A DNA stretch of 64,000 bases from Eledone cirrhosa (taxonomy: Eukaryota). Below, piece by piece: positions 51,048 to 62,951 of this stretch. The position numbers were made by a program, and so were the translations under genes. The notes beneath the pieces are model-generated. The model saw only the letters and a list, made by a program, of their open reading frames with translations. It had not been told where the DNA came from and ran no database searches. Within the stretch, counting starts at the first letter, position 1. The number at the start of each line of letters is the position of its first letter. The stretch lies in NCBI GenBank assembly GCA_964016885.1, contig OZ024761.1, forward strand, positions 11,656,001 through 11,720,000. Direction: 5' to 3'.

Positions 51048-51083
51048 TCTTCTGATGAAGGACTTGTGTCCGAAACATTAAGA
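51048..51083 (+). ncRNA. Degenerate minimal hammerhead motif
   Basis: tctt-CTGATGA-a-ggac-ttgt-gtcc-GAAAC-A-TT-aaga: 4-bp helix I and 4-bp helix II. GAAACATT looks like CpG-decayed GAAACGTT. Confidence 0.45.
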
Positions 51084-51439
51084 CTCTCTTCCTGCTATTT
51101 CAAGTATTAAACTAAAATATTTCTTCCATGTACTGAAGTTTGTTTTGTCATTACTTTTACCTACATGGTATTGGGTGCTGACCCCCCCCCCCCCCGAACA
51201 GGATGCCATTGTGTGGTGCCAACGGTGCTGTCTTCCACATCTAGAATAAGGAGCAGATATTGCAATAGCCTGGGGTTCAAAGGCCCTCAACTCCAACAAG
51301 TTGCTATTGGATACAATAACAACCACTCCAGCAATTTAACCTTCATAGTTATCTTAACCCCTAACAAACAACATCAAAGGAACCTCCTATAAGAATCAAC
51401 TCCATAGGAGACTAGCTAAACATGAACAGATGCGCACCG

Positions 51440-51640
51440 TAATCCTTTGGCATTTAAACCAACCATATCCGGTCAGAATTTTCTCACCTCTTTCTGTTCA
51501 AACTGGCCGTAACTGGCTGAGGTATTCTTCTCAAAATAAATAATATCAAAATCTCATAGATACGATATTATGTGAGGTAAAGCCTTTACCATGAAAATAT
51601 AATAGTATATCTAGAGTAATGTAAATGGTAAAGGGTTAAG
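51440..51640. mobile_element. piggyBac-like MITE (~200 bp)
   Basis: Ends taatcctttggcattta ... taaatggtaaagggttaa (TIR CCCTTTA.CATTTA, TTAA site). Partial copies at 9340-9500 and 42383-42541. Confidence 0.65.
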
Positions 51641-51679
51641 TGGGACCTCTTTAAATATAGGTGGGTTTTGTTTTGTAGA

Positions 51680-51865
51680 ACCAGTGGTTGTTTGGGGGGG
51701 GGGGGGGTAGGTTGGTTTTAAAAGGTTTAATCAGTGGTTGTTTTGGGGGTAGATTGGTTTCAAAGGGTTTAATCAGTGGTTGTTTTGGGGGTAGGTTGGT
51801 TTCAAAGGGTTTAATCAGTGGTTGTTTTGGGGGTAGGTTGGTTTCAAAGGGTTTAATCAGTGGTA
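51680..51865. repeat. 42-bp tandem repeat, ~4 copies
   Basis: Unit ggttggtttcaaagggtttaatcagtggttgttttgggggta. Confidence 0.85.
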
Positions 51866-52587
51866 GATGAGCCACAGAATGTTGAAAGCTCAAGTATTTT
51901 CTTTTACTGAAAAGGAACTTGTTGTGCATATGTGTAGTAGTGGTAGTAGTAGTAGTATTAGTAGTGGTAGAAGTAGTAATGGTAGTAGTAGTAGAAATAG
52001 TAATAGTAGTAGTGGTAGTAGTAGTGGTGGTGGTGGTAGTAGTAGGAGGAGGAACCTAAGAGGTTAACTGTCAATTATTTCCTACTGGGAATGAAGGGGA
52101 GAGGGGGGGGGGGGGCATTGCAATGATTTTAAGTTAGACACACACACACAGACCAAGACACATACACACACTATTGGAAGCTTTAAAACTCAATAGCTAT
52201 CCAGTAACCAAGGTAGGTAGGGGGGTAGGTAGGTAGGTAGGTAGGTAGACATAATGGTGGCTGCTGGATACTAAACAAAGAACAAAGATTATCCCTGATG
52301 ATAATTATATACTTAAATACGATTGTGTGAAATTTCCAGGGGTCTGTAGCCAAGTAGAATGTTGATTAACACATCACGCCTTATTAATTACTCTCTCTTT
52401 CCCCAATCTTCTTCCTTATCAACAGGGGTTCGTTAAGACCCAACAGTTAACAGTTTCAGGTCTTCAGGTGGTGGTGGTAGTAGTGATTAATAACACAAGT
52501 TAATCATAGATTAATAACACAGGTTAATTACACATTTATAATGAAAGACACTGCCTAGGGTTTACAAAGGATTTTGAAAATAAAGTG

Positions 52588-53030
52588 CATAGCTCGGAGA
52601 TCAGGGAGTCACTCCAGGTAGAGCTGCTACTTCTCTGAATTGAGCGATCACCGCTCCAATACTACGGACATGAGGTTAGAATGTCTCTGGGAAGAATCGG
52701 TGAACAGATTTGTAGCTCGGAGATCAGGGAGTCACTCCAGGTAGAGCCGCTACTTCTCCAAATTAAGAGATCACAGCTCCGATACTATGGACATGAGGTT
52801 AGAATGTCTCTGGGAAGAATCACTGGACAGATTTTATGGGCAAAACCAACAGGTAGGAGACCCAGGGGTAGACCCCGAATAAGATGGTTGGATAACATCC
52901 ATGAGCTTGGTTGGTCACACTTGGTGATCAGCCGGATCAGTTGGAAACAGTTGCTTCTGACAGGACCCTCTGGAAGGAGTGTTTGAGGACTCTGCTCATA
53001 TGACTCTCACGAATAAGTGGGAAAAGAAGA
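52588..53030 (+). mobile_element. 3' fragment of a distinct RTE-group LINE with a ~123-bp internal duplication
   Basis: IRESLQVEPLLLQIKRSQLRYYGH...GRRPRGRPRIRW. Confidence 0.75.
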
Positions 53031-53119
53031 AGAATTAACTTTCTTATTACTAAGTTAGTGTTTGGAACATAACTTAACACAAGTTCTTTTGGAGAAATAT
53101 ATAAACACCTTAAAACAAA

Positions 53120-53356
53120 ATAAGTAGTGTCTTTCATTAGAAATATGGTAATGAAAGGGTTAATGACATAGACAGTGTCTTTCATTAGAAATATGGTAAT
53201 GAAAGGGTTAAAGACATAGACAGTGTCTTTCATTAGAAATATGGTAATGAAAGGTTTAAAGACATAGGTAGTGTCTTTCATTAGAAATATGGTAACGAAA
53301 GGGTTAATGGCATAGACAGTGTCTTTCATTAGAAATATGGTAACGAAAGGGTTAAA
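53120..53356 (-). repeat. Same 48-bp repeat, ~5 copies, reverse orientation
   Basis: Reverse complement of the 12.6-kb unit. Confidence 0.88.
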
Positions 53357-53761
53357 GGATGCATACATGAAGCTTGCACATGCAACAAGAAAATCTGCTT
53401 TAGGCTTACACTCAACTAAAGGACCTAATTTCTTTTTAAAGACCAACATCAAAAATGCGACATATATCCCTCTCCACACACTCTATTTAAACTTCTGTAT
53501 GAGTTCTACTTTGGCTGTGTTTCAGATTTCTTGAAATATTGCCAAACACTGAAGCTGATTTTGTTGTGAAAAATTATTAATGCAAGCTGTTCTAATCGCT
53601 TTAGTGGCGTTCTTGTAAACATGTTAGACCAAAGCTGTTGTAAACTGATGCTACTACTATTGCTGTCACTACTAGATAAATAGGTATTTTCGCTTAGACA
53701 GCACCAGAACTTAAAGAAACACATGACTGTAGATGAAATATGGTAAAGTAGATCAGCTCCA

Positions 53762-54021
53762 TCATTACCATATTTCTAATGAAAGACACTACCTATGTCA
53801 TTAACCCTTTCATTACCATATTTCTAATGAAAGACACTGTCTATGTCATTAACCCTTTCATTACCATATTTCTAATGAAAGATACTACCTATGTCATTAA
53901 CCCTTTCATTACCATATTTCTAATGAAAGACACTGTCTATGTCTTTAACCCTTTCATTACTATATTTCTAATGAAAGACACTGTCTATGTCATTAACCCT
54001 TTCATTACTATATTTCTAATG
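53762..54021 (+). repeat. Same 48-bp repeat, ~5.5 copies
   Basis: Unit shared with the 12.6-kb array. Confidence 0.88.
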
Positions 54022-54504
54022 TGCACCAGCACTACCACTTTACAGAGTGTACTGGGTGTATTTTATTGTGGCCCCAACGCTACCACTTTAGTGTGTACTG
54101 GGTTCATTTTATTATAGCACTAACACTACCAATACAGAGTGTACTGGGTGCAATTAATTGTGGCATCCGCACTGCTACTTTACAGAATGTACTGGGTGTA
54201 TTTTATTGTGGCACCAACATTACCACTTTATTTAAAATAAATAAAAATTAAATAAAATAAACCAGCCGCATAGCTGTAAACACATAAGAGTTGAATTTCC
54301 ACCAAAACAATAGACAATCTTTTGTTAAACGAGACAATATGTAATTAATTAAGGTATTACAATATGTTCAGTAGAGTGACATACAGGTAATTTCAGAGGC
54401 ATTAAGTACAGCCGGATGAAGCTGCTTTTGATATCTTCTTTCACAATTTCCTGAAAACCACATCTAAAGGATGTCTAACATTGTCGTATATACGTGTATG
54501 GAGG

Positions 54505-54909
54505 CCGCGGAGTGGGGAGACCCAAGAAGACCTGGGATGAGGTGATAAAAGCCGACCTTACCCAACTGCACATCGCAAAGTAATACAGAAGACCCGACTT
54601 CCCACGGGTACAAGCCGAAGCTGAAGCATATAGACAATATGCCGCCACCCTCTGCCACTGCAAAGTGGTCGTGGAGGAACCGTGGCAAAAAAGCACCCAG
54701 CCCTCACTGTAAAAAAGCACCCAACACCCACTGTAAATGAGGTTGGTGTTAGGAAGGGTATCCAGCTGTAGAAATCAAGCCAGAATCAGTTCCTGTATGA
54801 GCAAGACAAGATCAGCCGACCGGACACTGCCCATAACAGGACAACCCGTCTAACCCATGCTAGCGTGGAAGAACAGACGTAAAACGGTGATGATGATGAT
54901 GATGATGAT
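54505..54909 (+). mobile_element. RTE 3' fragment
   Basis: Same ORF end and 3' UTR as the 25.5-kb element. Confidence 0.8.
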
Positions 54910-55712
54910 AAGTAGAGAAACGTGATAAAAAACAAAAACATAATGGTAAAAGATATATCTTGTGACACTAAACTCTGCAAGTTGCAGACTGCGCATCAAC
55001 ATGAAATATCTCCACAAAGTTCGATCACCAGCAGCAGAGTTTAAAGAGCAAAGACCAAGTTCAGTCCATAAGTTAACATTGTCAAGCCATCATTTTGGTT
55101 GCCAGCCCCTGCTTCTCTTACCAGCCAACCTTCCTTCCAGCAATATATAATAACTTTCGATCACCAATAGCAGAGTTTAAAGAACAAATATGAAGTCCAG
55201 TCCATAAGTTGACATTATCAAGCCATCGTTTTGACTGCCGGCCTATGCTTATCTTTCCAGCCAACCTTCCTTCCAGGCATAAACTACTCACACCACGAGT
55301 TGATCTTTTTTATATGGTCGTATATACAGCCGAGAAATATGTGATAAAAAAAAAAAACATGATGGTAAAAATGGTGGGGACTTATATTTGAAGTCAATAT
55401 TTTGCCAATTTGTCAACAACTTCAAAATTCTATATAAATGAAGAGCTAAAATAATTTTGCTTTGGAGGTGAAGATAAACTTTATTTTATTGAATCTGTAG
55501 GAAGATAGATGTTAAACGATGATGATGAGGGATGAAAGGCAAAGCTAACTTCAGCAGGATTTAAACTCAGCATCACAGAAATGGATGTAACTCTATGCTG
55601 CAAAGCATGTTGTTATATTACTAAATCCCTTCAAATTTTTTTTATTATTTTCAAAATGATTTGAAAATTCTAAGTTACATTCGAATGAAACAGTTCTAGT
55701 CCTGTAGATGTC

Positions 55713-55744
<32 letters not shown>

Positions 55745-55751
55745 ATATATA

Positions 55752-56286
55752 TCATCATCATCATTTTACGTCCACTTTTCCCTGCTTGCAAGGGTGGGAT
55801 GGGTCTTAATTCAGCACAGCATCTCTCCACTTGTCACAGTCCTTCGTCATCTCCACCGTGAGCTTCAACGATCTGAGGTCTGTTCTCACCACCTCCGCCC
55901 ATGTTTTTCGTGGTCTACCTCTACCACGTCTTCCTTCAACTGGCATTTCCTGGCACTTCTTCACCCATCGGTCATCCTCCATGCGCATCACATGTCCATA
56001 CCACCTCAGTCTCCTCTCTCGCACACTACATTCTATCCCTCTCAGACACAGTTTCTCTCTCAACACATCCATGCTGGGTCGTTCACACACATTGACATTG
56101 CACATCCAATAGGAGCATGCTTGCCTCATTTCTCTCCAGCCGTTGCATATCCTGTGCAGTTGCTGCCCATGTCTCACTACCATGCAGCATCGCGCTCCTC
56201 ACACAGGCATCATATAACCGGCCTTTCGTACGCAGGGAGAAACCCTTCTTCGTCAGCAAAGGAAGCAGCTCCCTAAACTTCTTCCA
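55752..56286 (-). mobile_element. 3' fragment of a related RTE subfamily
   Basis: WKKFRELLPLL...MLHGSETW...RRLRWYGHVMR...GRPRKTW, with one frameshift. Confidence 0.82.
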
Positions 56287-56831
56287 ATATATATACATAT
56301 ATACACAAACACATATATATACGTATATATGCATACATATATATATATATGTGTGTATACATATCATATATATATATTCTAAACCCATGCTAGCGTGGAA
56401 GACGTTAAACGATGATGATGATATATACACATATGTATACATAACTATATATATACATATATACACATACATATATATATACAAACATATACATACATAC
56501 ACACATACATATAAGTACACACACACATTTGTATATATGAAGTCATGCACGTTGCACGTCTTTCACTACTGATATTTCCTTTCAACAATGGCCACTAGAA
56601 TAACTTCAGAAATTGTTGATATATATATATATATCTCAATTCTTCCTTATTCCCTCCAATAAAGTATACTGCCATCTTTAACAACCAGAGTAAATCTCTC
56701 TCTCACCAGAAACTTAGATATTTCACTGCAATGGCCTCACACACTATTGCTATTATCTCCCTTTGACCTGCTGCTGTTTCCTGACTTCGCCCAGCAATAT
56801 AAAACCTTTATTTTATATTGCTGGGCGAATA

Positions 56832-56910
56832 TATGGTGTCCTCAAAAATGTATACACACTTATTAGAATGCTGTTGAAGCATGTATACATTTTTGGGGAC
56901 ACCCTGTATA
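56832..56910. mobile_element. Tiny Tc1/mariner-type MITE (~77 bp)
   Basis: TIR resembling TA-CAGGGTGTCCCCAAAAATGTATACA in a TA context; related copy at 5823-5895. Confidence 0.6.
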
Positions 56911-57071
56911 CACACACACAAATATAACTATACACAGACACACCTACATATATAAATATATACACACATATATAAATATATTCACACACACACACACGTA
57001 TATATACATACATTTAATATGGATGTCTGATGATACTGCAAGTGCGCAGGTGAAACTCCAGCGCAATCACA

Positions 57072-57357
57072 AGCCCACCGCCCAAATGGCTCTACCAATA
57101 TTTAGCCCACCGCCCAAATGGCTCTACCAATATTTAGCCCACCGCCCTAGTGGGTCTACCAATATTTAGCCCACCGCTCTAGTGGGTCTACCAATATTTA
57201 GCCCACTGCCCTAATGGGTCTACCAATATTTAGCCCACCACCCTAATGGCTCCACCAATATTTAGTCCACCGCCCTAGTGGGTCTACCAATATTTAGCCC
57301 ACCACCCTAGTGGGTCTACCAATATTTAGCCCACAGCCCTAATGGCTCCACCAATAT
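57072..57357. repeat. 32-bp tandem repeat, ~9 copies
   Basis: Unit agcccaccgccctagtgggtctaccaatattt. Confidence 0.9.
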
Positions 57358-57579
57358 CCTTAAAAAGGTATGAGAATATCTCCAACTTACTATTTAGTAG
57401 TGTTATGTAGTAGACAAGACAATGTGTTTCTGGTTCTGGTGATTCTCTTCCGCAATATTCTTGACAAAAACTTGCTTCACTCTAGGAAGTCCAATGATAG
57501 CTGTTAAAACAAAGAAATGAAAAAAAAACAAAAAACATTATTATTATTATTATCATGAAGGCAGTGAATTAGCAGAATC

Positions 57580-58094
57580 ATTAACCGGTCATATCCGGCC
57601 AGAATTCTCTCGCCTCTTTCTGTTCAAACCAGCTGTAACCAGCCGTTCATACCGACGTGAAGGTATTGTTCTCAAAGTAGGTAATATCAAAATCATAGAT
57701 TTGATGCTATGTGAGGTAAAGCCTTTACTGTGAAAATACAATAGTATATATAGAGTAATGTAAATGTTATGTGAGGTAAAGCCTTTACTGTGAAAATACA
57801 ATAGTATATATAGAGTAATGTAAATGTTATGTGAGGTAAAGCCTTTACTGTGAAAATACAATAGTATATATAGAGTAATGTAAATGTTATGTGAGGTATT
57901 ATGTGAGGTAAAGCCTTTACTGTGAAAATACAATAGTATATATAGAGTAATGTAAATGTTTTGTGAGGTAAAGCCTTTACTGTGAAAATACAATAGTATA
58001 TATAGAGTAATGTAAATGTTATGTGAGGTATTATGTGAGGTAAAGCCTTTACTGTGAAAATAAAATAGTATATATAGAGTAATGTAAATGTTAA
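57580..58094. repeat. piggyBac-like MITE with a 60/72-bp subterminal tandem expansion (~6 units)
   Basis: tatgtgaggtaaagcctttactgtgaaaatacaatagtatatatagagtaatgtaaatgt is repeated. Confidence 0.85.
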
Positions 58095-58124
58095 TGGGGA
58101 AAGAATTTTACCATTCTAAATAGA

Positions 58125-58258
58125 AATAGTTGCTTCTACTTTAGGCACAAAGCCAGCAATTTTAGGGGAGGAGAAAGTCGATTAAATCGACCCCAGTGCG
58201 TGACTGGTACTTGATTTTATCCACCCTGTAAGGATGAAAGGTCAAGTTGACTTCAGCA
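58125..58258 (-). mobile_element. Truncated Meta-domain-like SINE
   Basis: Core and tail only. Confidence 0.65.
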
Positions 58259-58421
58259 CTCTACTCAAGTCATGGATAGATAACTATAGCTTTATATTTT
58301 AACCCTCCCAATACTAGAAAAGTTAGTTATATAACTAAATCTATCTCTTTCTTTATTTTCACTGTATTCCAGTAGAAATATGGTAATGAAAGGGTTAACT
58401 AGGCATGTTTTATATTATTTT

Positions 58422-59215
58422 CTATGGTACGACCACACTTGGAATTCGCATCATCAGTCTGGAACCCCTATCTTGCTCAGAACATTGACCTCCTGGAAAC
58501 TGTTCAGAGACATGCAACCAAGCACATACCCTCCATCAGACACCTACCATACTCTGAACGCCTTGCTTCCTTGGGCATGGATTCATTGAAGCTCAGACGT
58601 CTGGCAATGGACTTGGTAAACACCCACAAAGTTATAAAACATCTCGCCAACAACAACCCTGAGGACCTTTTTGATCTCCATATGTCTAACATACATGGAC
58701 ATGCCTACAAAGTCAGAAAACAGCACAGCTCCCATGACTTTCGGAAAGATTTTTTCATGCTTCGAGTTGCTGAAGCATGGAACAAACTACTTGCATCAGT
58801 TGTTAGCTGCCGAGATACTACATACTTTAAAACCTCCATGGAACAAACTACCTGTGTCAGTTGTTAGCTGCCGAGACACTGCATTCTTTAAAACCTCCAT
58901 GGAACAAACTACCTGTGTCAGTTGTTAGCTGCCGAGACACTGCATCCTTTAAAACCTCCATGGAACAAACTACCTGTGTCAGTTGTTAGCTGCCGAGACA
59001 CTGCATTCTTTAAAACCCTCATGCTTCCCGAAATTCGCCAAAACTACACCTGATGTCGCCCTTCCATACACATGCACACATGTGTATATCATGACTCATG
59101 CACTGTTCATTTTCCTGATGTTTGTACATTACCCTATGTACTATACATACACTTTTGATGAGTTGTAGTGCACCTGAGCACTGTACACAATATTTTCATT
59201 ATTATTATCATATTA
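58422..59215 (+). mobile_element. 3' fragment of the CR1-type LINE carrying 4 copies of the same 61-bp unit (58776-59020)
   Basis: MVRPHLEFASSVWNP... matches the 42.7-45.7 kb element; (ATT)n tail. Confidence 0.9.
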
Positions 59216-59674
59216 TTTAACAACAATAACAGCAGTAACAACATTTATAACATTTCCCCTCCTAAAGCAGGGGTTTTAAAGCTTACTAGTTCAGCCCCAC
59301 CACCAGCCATAACAAGCTTCATGTTTATTGTGGGGTCTTTTTTCGTTTATTTAGGCAATGCTTTACGGCCAAGTGCCCATTTCTGGTGCACAGACCTTCT
59401 AGTTGCCTATTATGAGACACCCAGGGTACATACGGTGTAGCTATTCTAAACAGGATACCACACTCACCAAAATAGTCACCTTAACACCTACTCACTTGAA
59501 CATCTCATTTACACAAGACATAACATTTGAAAATAATGATTTTATATATTGGCTACAAGGGCTGACAGGGGACATAGAAAGACACGGACACTTTACAATA
59601 AGCTTGAGTAAATAAGGTTCTAGAAAAAACAAGCAGAATAAAGACGGATATAGAATTCAATTAATATTATCATC

Positions 59675-60105
59675 ATCGGTAGAGTGTCAAACACCATGCT
59701 TGACAGCATAGAGTTATGACCCTTTACGTTCTGAGTTCGAATCCTGCCGAGGTTAACTTTGCCTTTCATCCTTACAGGGTCGATAAAATAAAGTACCAGC
59801 AATGCACTGGGGGGGGGGGGGTTAATTACTGGCCTTGTGCCAAAAGTAGAAACAATTATTACTATCATAATAATATAAAAATCTAGTCGAAGTTGACTTT
59901 GCCTAGTACCAGTAATACACTGGGGTAATTGTTTGCCTTGTGCCAAAAGTAGAAACAATTATTATTATCGTAATATAAAAATCTCGCCAAGGTTAGCTTT
60001 GCCTTTCATCCTTATAAAGTACCAGTAATACACTGGGTCACTTTAAACGACTTTCCCTTCTCCCAAAATTGCAGGCCTTGTGCCTAATAGTAGAAAAATA
60101 ATTAT
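59675..60105 (+). mobile_element. Meta-domain-like SINE followed by two partial tandem copies
   Basis: One full copy, then repeated gccttgtgcc...agtagaa tails. Confidence 0.75.
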
Positions 60106-60219
60106 CATAATTATTGCTTATCATCATCACCATGTTGTTGTTGACCCGCTCCTCATTTTATTGAGACAAAGATGTAACGAAGTAGAAGAATTACCATCAA
60201 CAGTTACAAATAAATCATA

Positions 60220-60740
60220 TCTCTCTCTCTCTCTCGTTAATACAGTCTCTCCCCTCCTCTCTCTCTCTCGTTAATACCGTCTCTCTCTTTCTCTAGTTAA
60301 CAGTCTCCCCCCTCTCTCTCTCGTTAACACAGTCTCTCCCCTTCTCTCTCTCTCTCGTTAATACAGTCTCTCCCCTTCTCTCTCTCGTTAATAGTCTCTC
60401 CCCTTCTCTCTCTCTCTTGTTAATACAGTCTCTCCCCTTCTCTCTCTCTCTCGTTAATACAGTCTCTCCCCTTCTCTCTCTCGTTAATACAGTCTCTCCC
60501 CTTCTCTAGTTAACAGTCTCCCCCTCTCTCTCTCTCGTTAATACAGTCTCTATTTCTCTAGTTAATACACACTTTCGTTAACAGTCCCTCTCTCTCTAAC
60601 GTCAATAATCTCTCTCTAGTTAATACACACTCTCTCGTTAACAGTCCCTCTCTCTCTCTCTAACGTCAATAGTCTCTCTCTAGTTAATACACACTCTCTC
60701 TCTCGCGTTAATACAGCCCCCCCCCCCCCCTCTCTCTCTC
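60220..60740. repeat. (CT)n-linked minisatellite built on cgttaatacagtctc
   Basis: Direct reading of the sequence. Confidence 0.8.
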
Positions 60741-60769
60741 TAAAACAGTCTTTAATTAGATGGCCATCC

Positions 60770-60829
60770 TCAACTGAGCTCGTTTAGTTCTCTCGTCAGA
60801 GCTGCTGCCACTTCATTGGGCTTCAATAA
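60770..60829 (-). CDS. Candidate terminal coding exon of an upstream gene (LLKPNEVAAALTRELNELS*)
   Basis: Long pyrimidine tract, then attcag|, then a helical-looking 19-aa frame ending in TGA. Not recognised. Confidence 0.3.
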   Translation of the reverse strand, partial: LLKPNEVAAALTRELNELS

Positions 60830-61194
60830 CTGAATGAATGGAGTGGGATAAAAAAGAAAGGAAGAAAAAAGAAAAAGAAGAGAAAGAGAAAGAAAGAAGC
60901 AAGAAATATAAAGGGGAAAAGGAAGATAAAAAAGGTGAAAAAGGAAGAGGAAAGATTAAAAAAGGGTGAAAAAAGAATAAGAAGCTGTGCCAGAGGTCTT
61001 GGTTAATCAATACAATACCTCATTTAACATCTCTCTCTCTCCTTCCCTCTCTTTCCCTATTTTTCTCTCTCACCCTCTCTTTACTCCGTAGCTCTCCCTC
61101 TTTCATCCTCTCTCACTCTCCTTCCACATTTCTCTCTCTCTCTCTCTCCCATACACACATACTATCTCTGTCCTCCCTCTCTCCCCTTTTCACC

Positions 61195-61225
<31 letters not shown>

Positions 61226-62091
61226 TATCTAATTTTCCTCCTTCTCTCTCCCTCTTTCACCCTCTCTCTCTCGCACACACACACACTATCTAATTTTCCT
61301 CCTTCTCTCTCCCTCTCTCTCACACACACATACCCTCTCCTTTACACAATATAACTTGAAGACAACAGAGCAAGTTAACTTCTTCACCTCCTCCCACTTG
61401 GAGACCCCCCCCCCTCCAACTAAAATACAGCTTAAAAGTAGGTCACGTCGCTGTCGTCGCCTTTTTTTAAATTATTTAAAAATAATAGTAATAATAAAAA
61501 GATGTTTATTGAGTAAAGGAAGGTCTTGAGATTCTCTGGGAAGCAAGGTTTCAGTGTGGAATGTAATGGTGGAGAGTTTGACGATAATATATAATAGATA
61601 TGAGAGGGGGAGGTGCGAGATAGGGTGAGAGAGAGCTAGAGCGAGAGTGGGAGAGAGAGAGAGAGTGAGTGATTCAATGGCCTTGGAAAAAATGCCCCCT
61701 AGCATCACTTTAAAACCATCCCTGTCCTTTAATTTTATTTAGGAAAGCAAAGTTATTTTTTTAAAAAAGGGAGAGGAGGGGGGGGGGAGATACATGACAA
61801 CAGTGAAGTTTCGACAAGCACTGCTTGTTAACATTTTTGTTAAAATATGTTTTAGTCCTGTTTCTCAGCTGTAGCTATCTTATTTCAAACTATTCTCAAG
61901 AACACAATCTTATTCCTAATACCCTATTGTGGTTCTATTGAAATTTAAAAAAAAAATACATCAATAAAGTTTTTTAAAAATATCAATAAAGTTTAAAAAA
62001 AAGAAAGAAATTATCTTCCTTGTCTAAATTTGCACAAGATCTCTATCGTTAAGCCTAATTTAATTTGATAAGTTACAAGTTTACATTGTAT

Positions 62092-62540
62092 TTGGCAATA
62101 TTGGTAGAGGGTTGGGTGCCATGCTTTGCAACATAGATTCACGGCCCATTACGATCTAAGTTCAAATCACGCTGAGGTTAACTTTGTCTTTCATCCTTAC
62201 GGGGTCGATAAAATAAAGTACCAGTAATGCACTGGGGTAATTGCTGGCCTTGTGCTTAAAGTGGAAACAATTATTGTATTAAATGAAAAACAGTCCATGA
62301 CTTCAAGAGTAATTTTTAAAATAATGAAGGATTTAGAGAAATTGAATAAAAAACAAAATTTGGCATTATTAAGTTGGGTGCCTTGCAGTAAAGAGTTACG
62401 CCCCTTTACGATCTGAGTTCAAATCCCGCAAGGTAAACTTTTCATCCTTACGGGGGGGGGGGGGGGGGTCAATAAAATAAAGTACCAGTAATGTACTGGA
62501 ATAATTGCTGGCCTTGTGCCAAAAATGGAAACAGTTATTG
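62092..62540 (+). mobile_element. Two Meta-domain-like SINE copies
   Basis: Core at 62160-62275 and 62415-62535. Confidence 0.72.
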
Positions 62541-62951
62541 AGTTAGTATTTGAAACAAAGCTTGGAAGGTTTTTAGACAAATATAAATACTTTTAACCTT
62601 TTTTTTTACTGTATATCTAAGACTGCCTAGGATATTCAAATTATTTTTGAAAATCACCAGGAATTTTCAAGAGATTTAGTAATAAAAATAACTTTTTCAT
62701 TACTCAAAGATTCTTACATAAAATATGAATTTTTATAAATATACACACTTTAAAACAAATAATTCTGTATAATAGAAGCTGTTTCAGGTAGTTTGGTAAT
62801 ATCACAGAACCAGGTAAGTTTTTCTGGTGGCTTCATATAGAAAATGTTTAAACTGTTTTTATATTCTGATGTTAAAAATAATCACAGAAAAAGAAAAAAT
62901 ATTATTTTTATTAAACTGACAATAAACATCTATTTTATATTTATCCAATTA

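Noticed and set aside
60775-60800. CTGACGA on the minus strand as a hammerhead core
   Set aside because: No GAAA at the end of a helix II.
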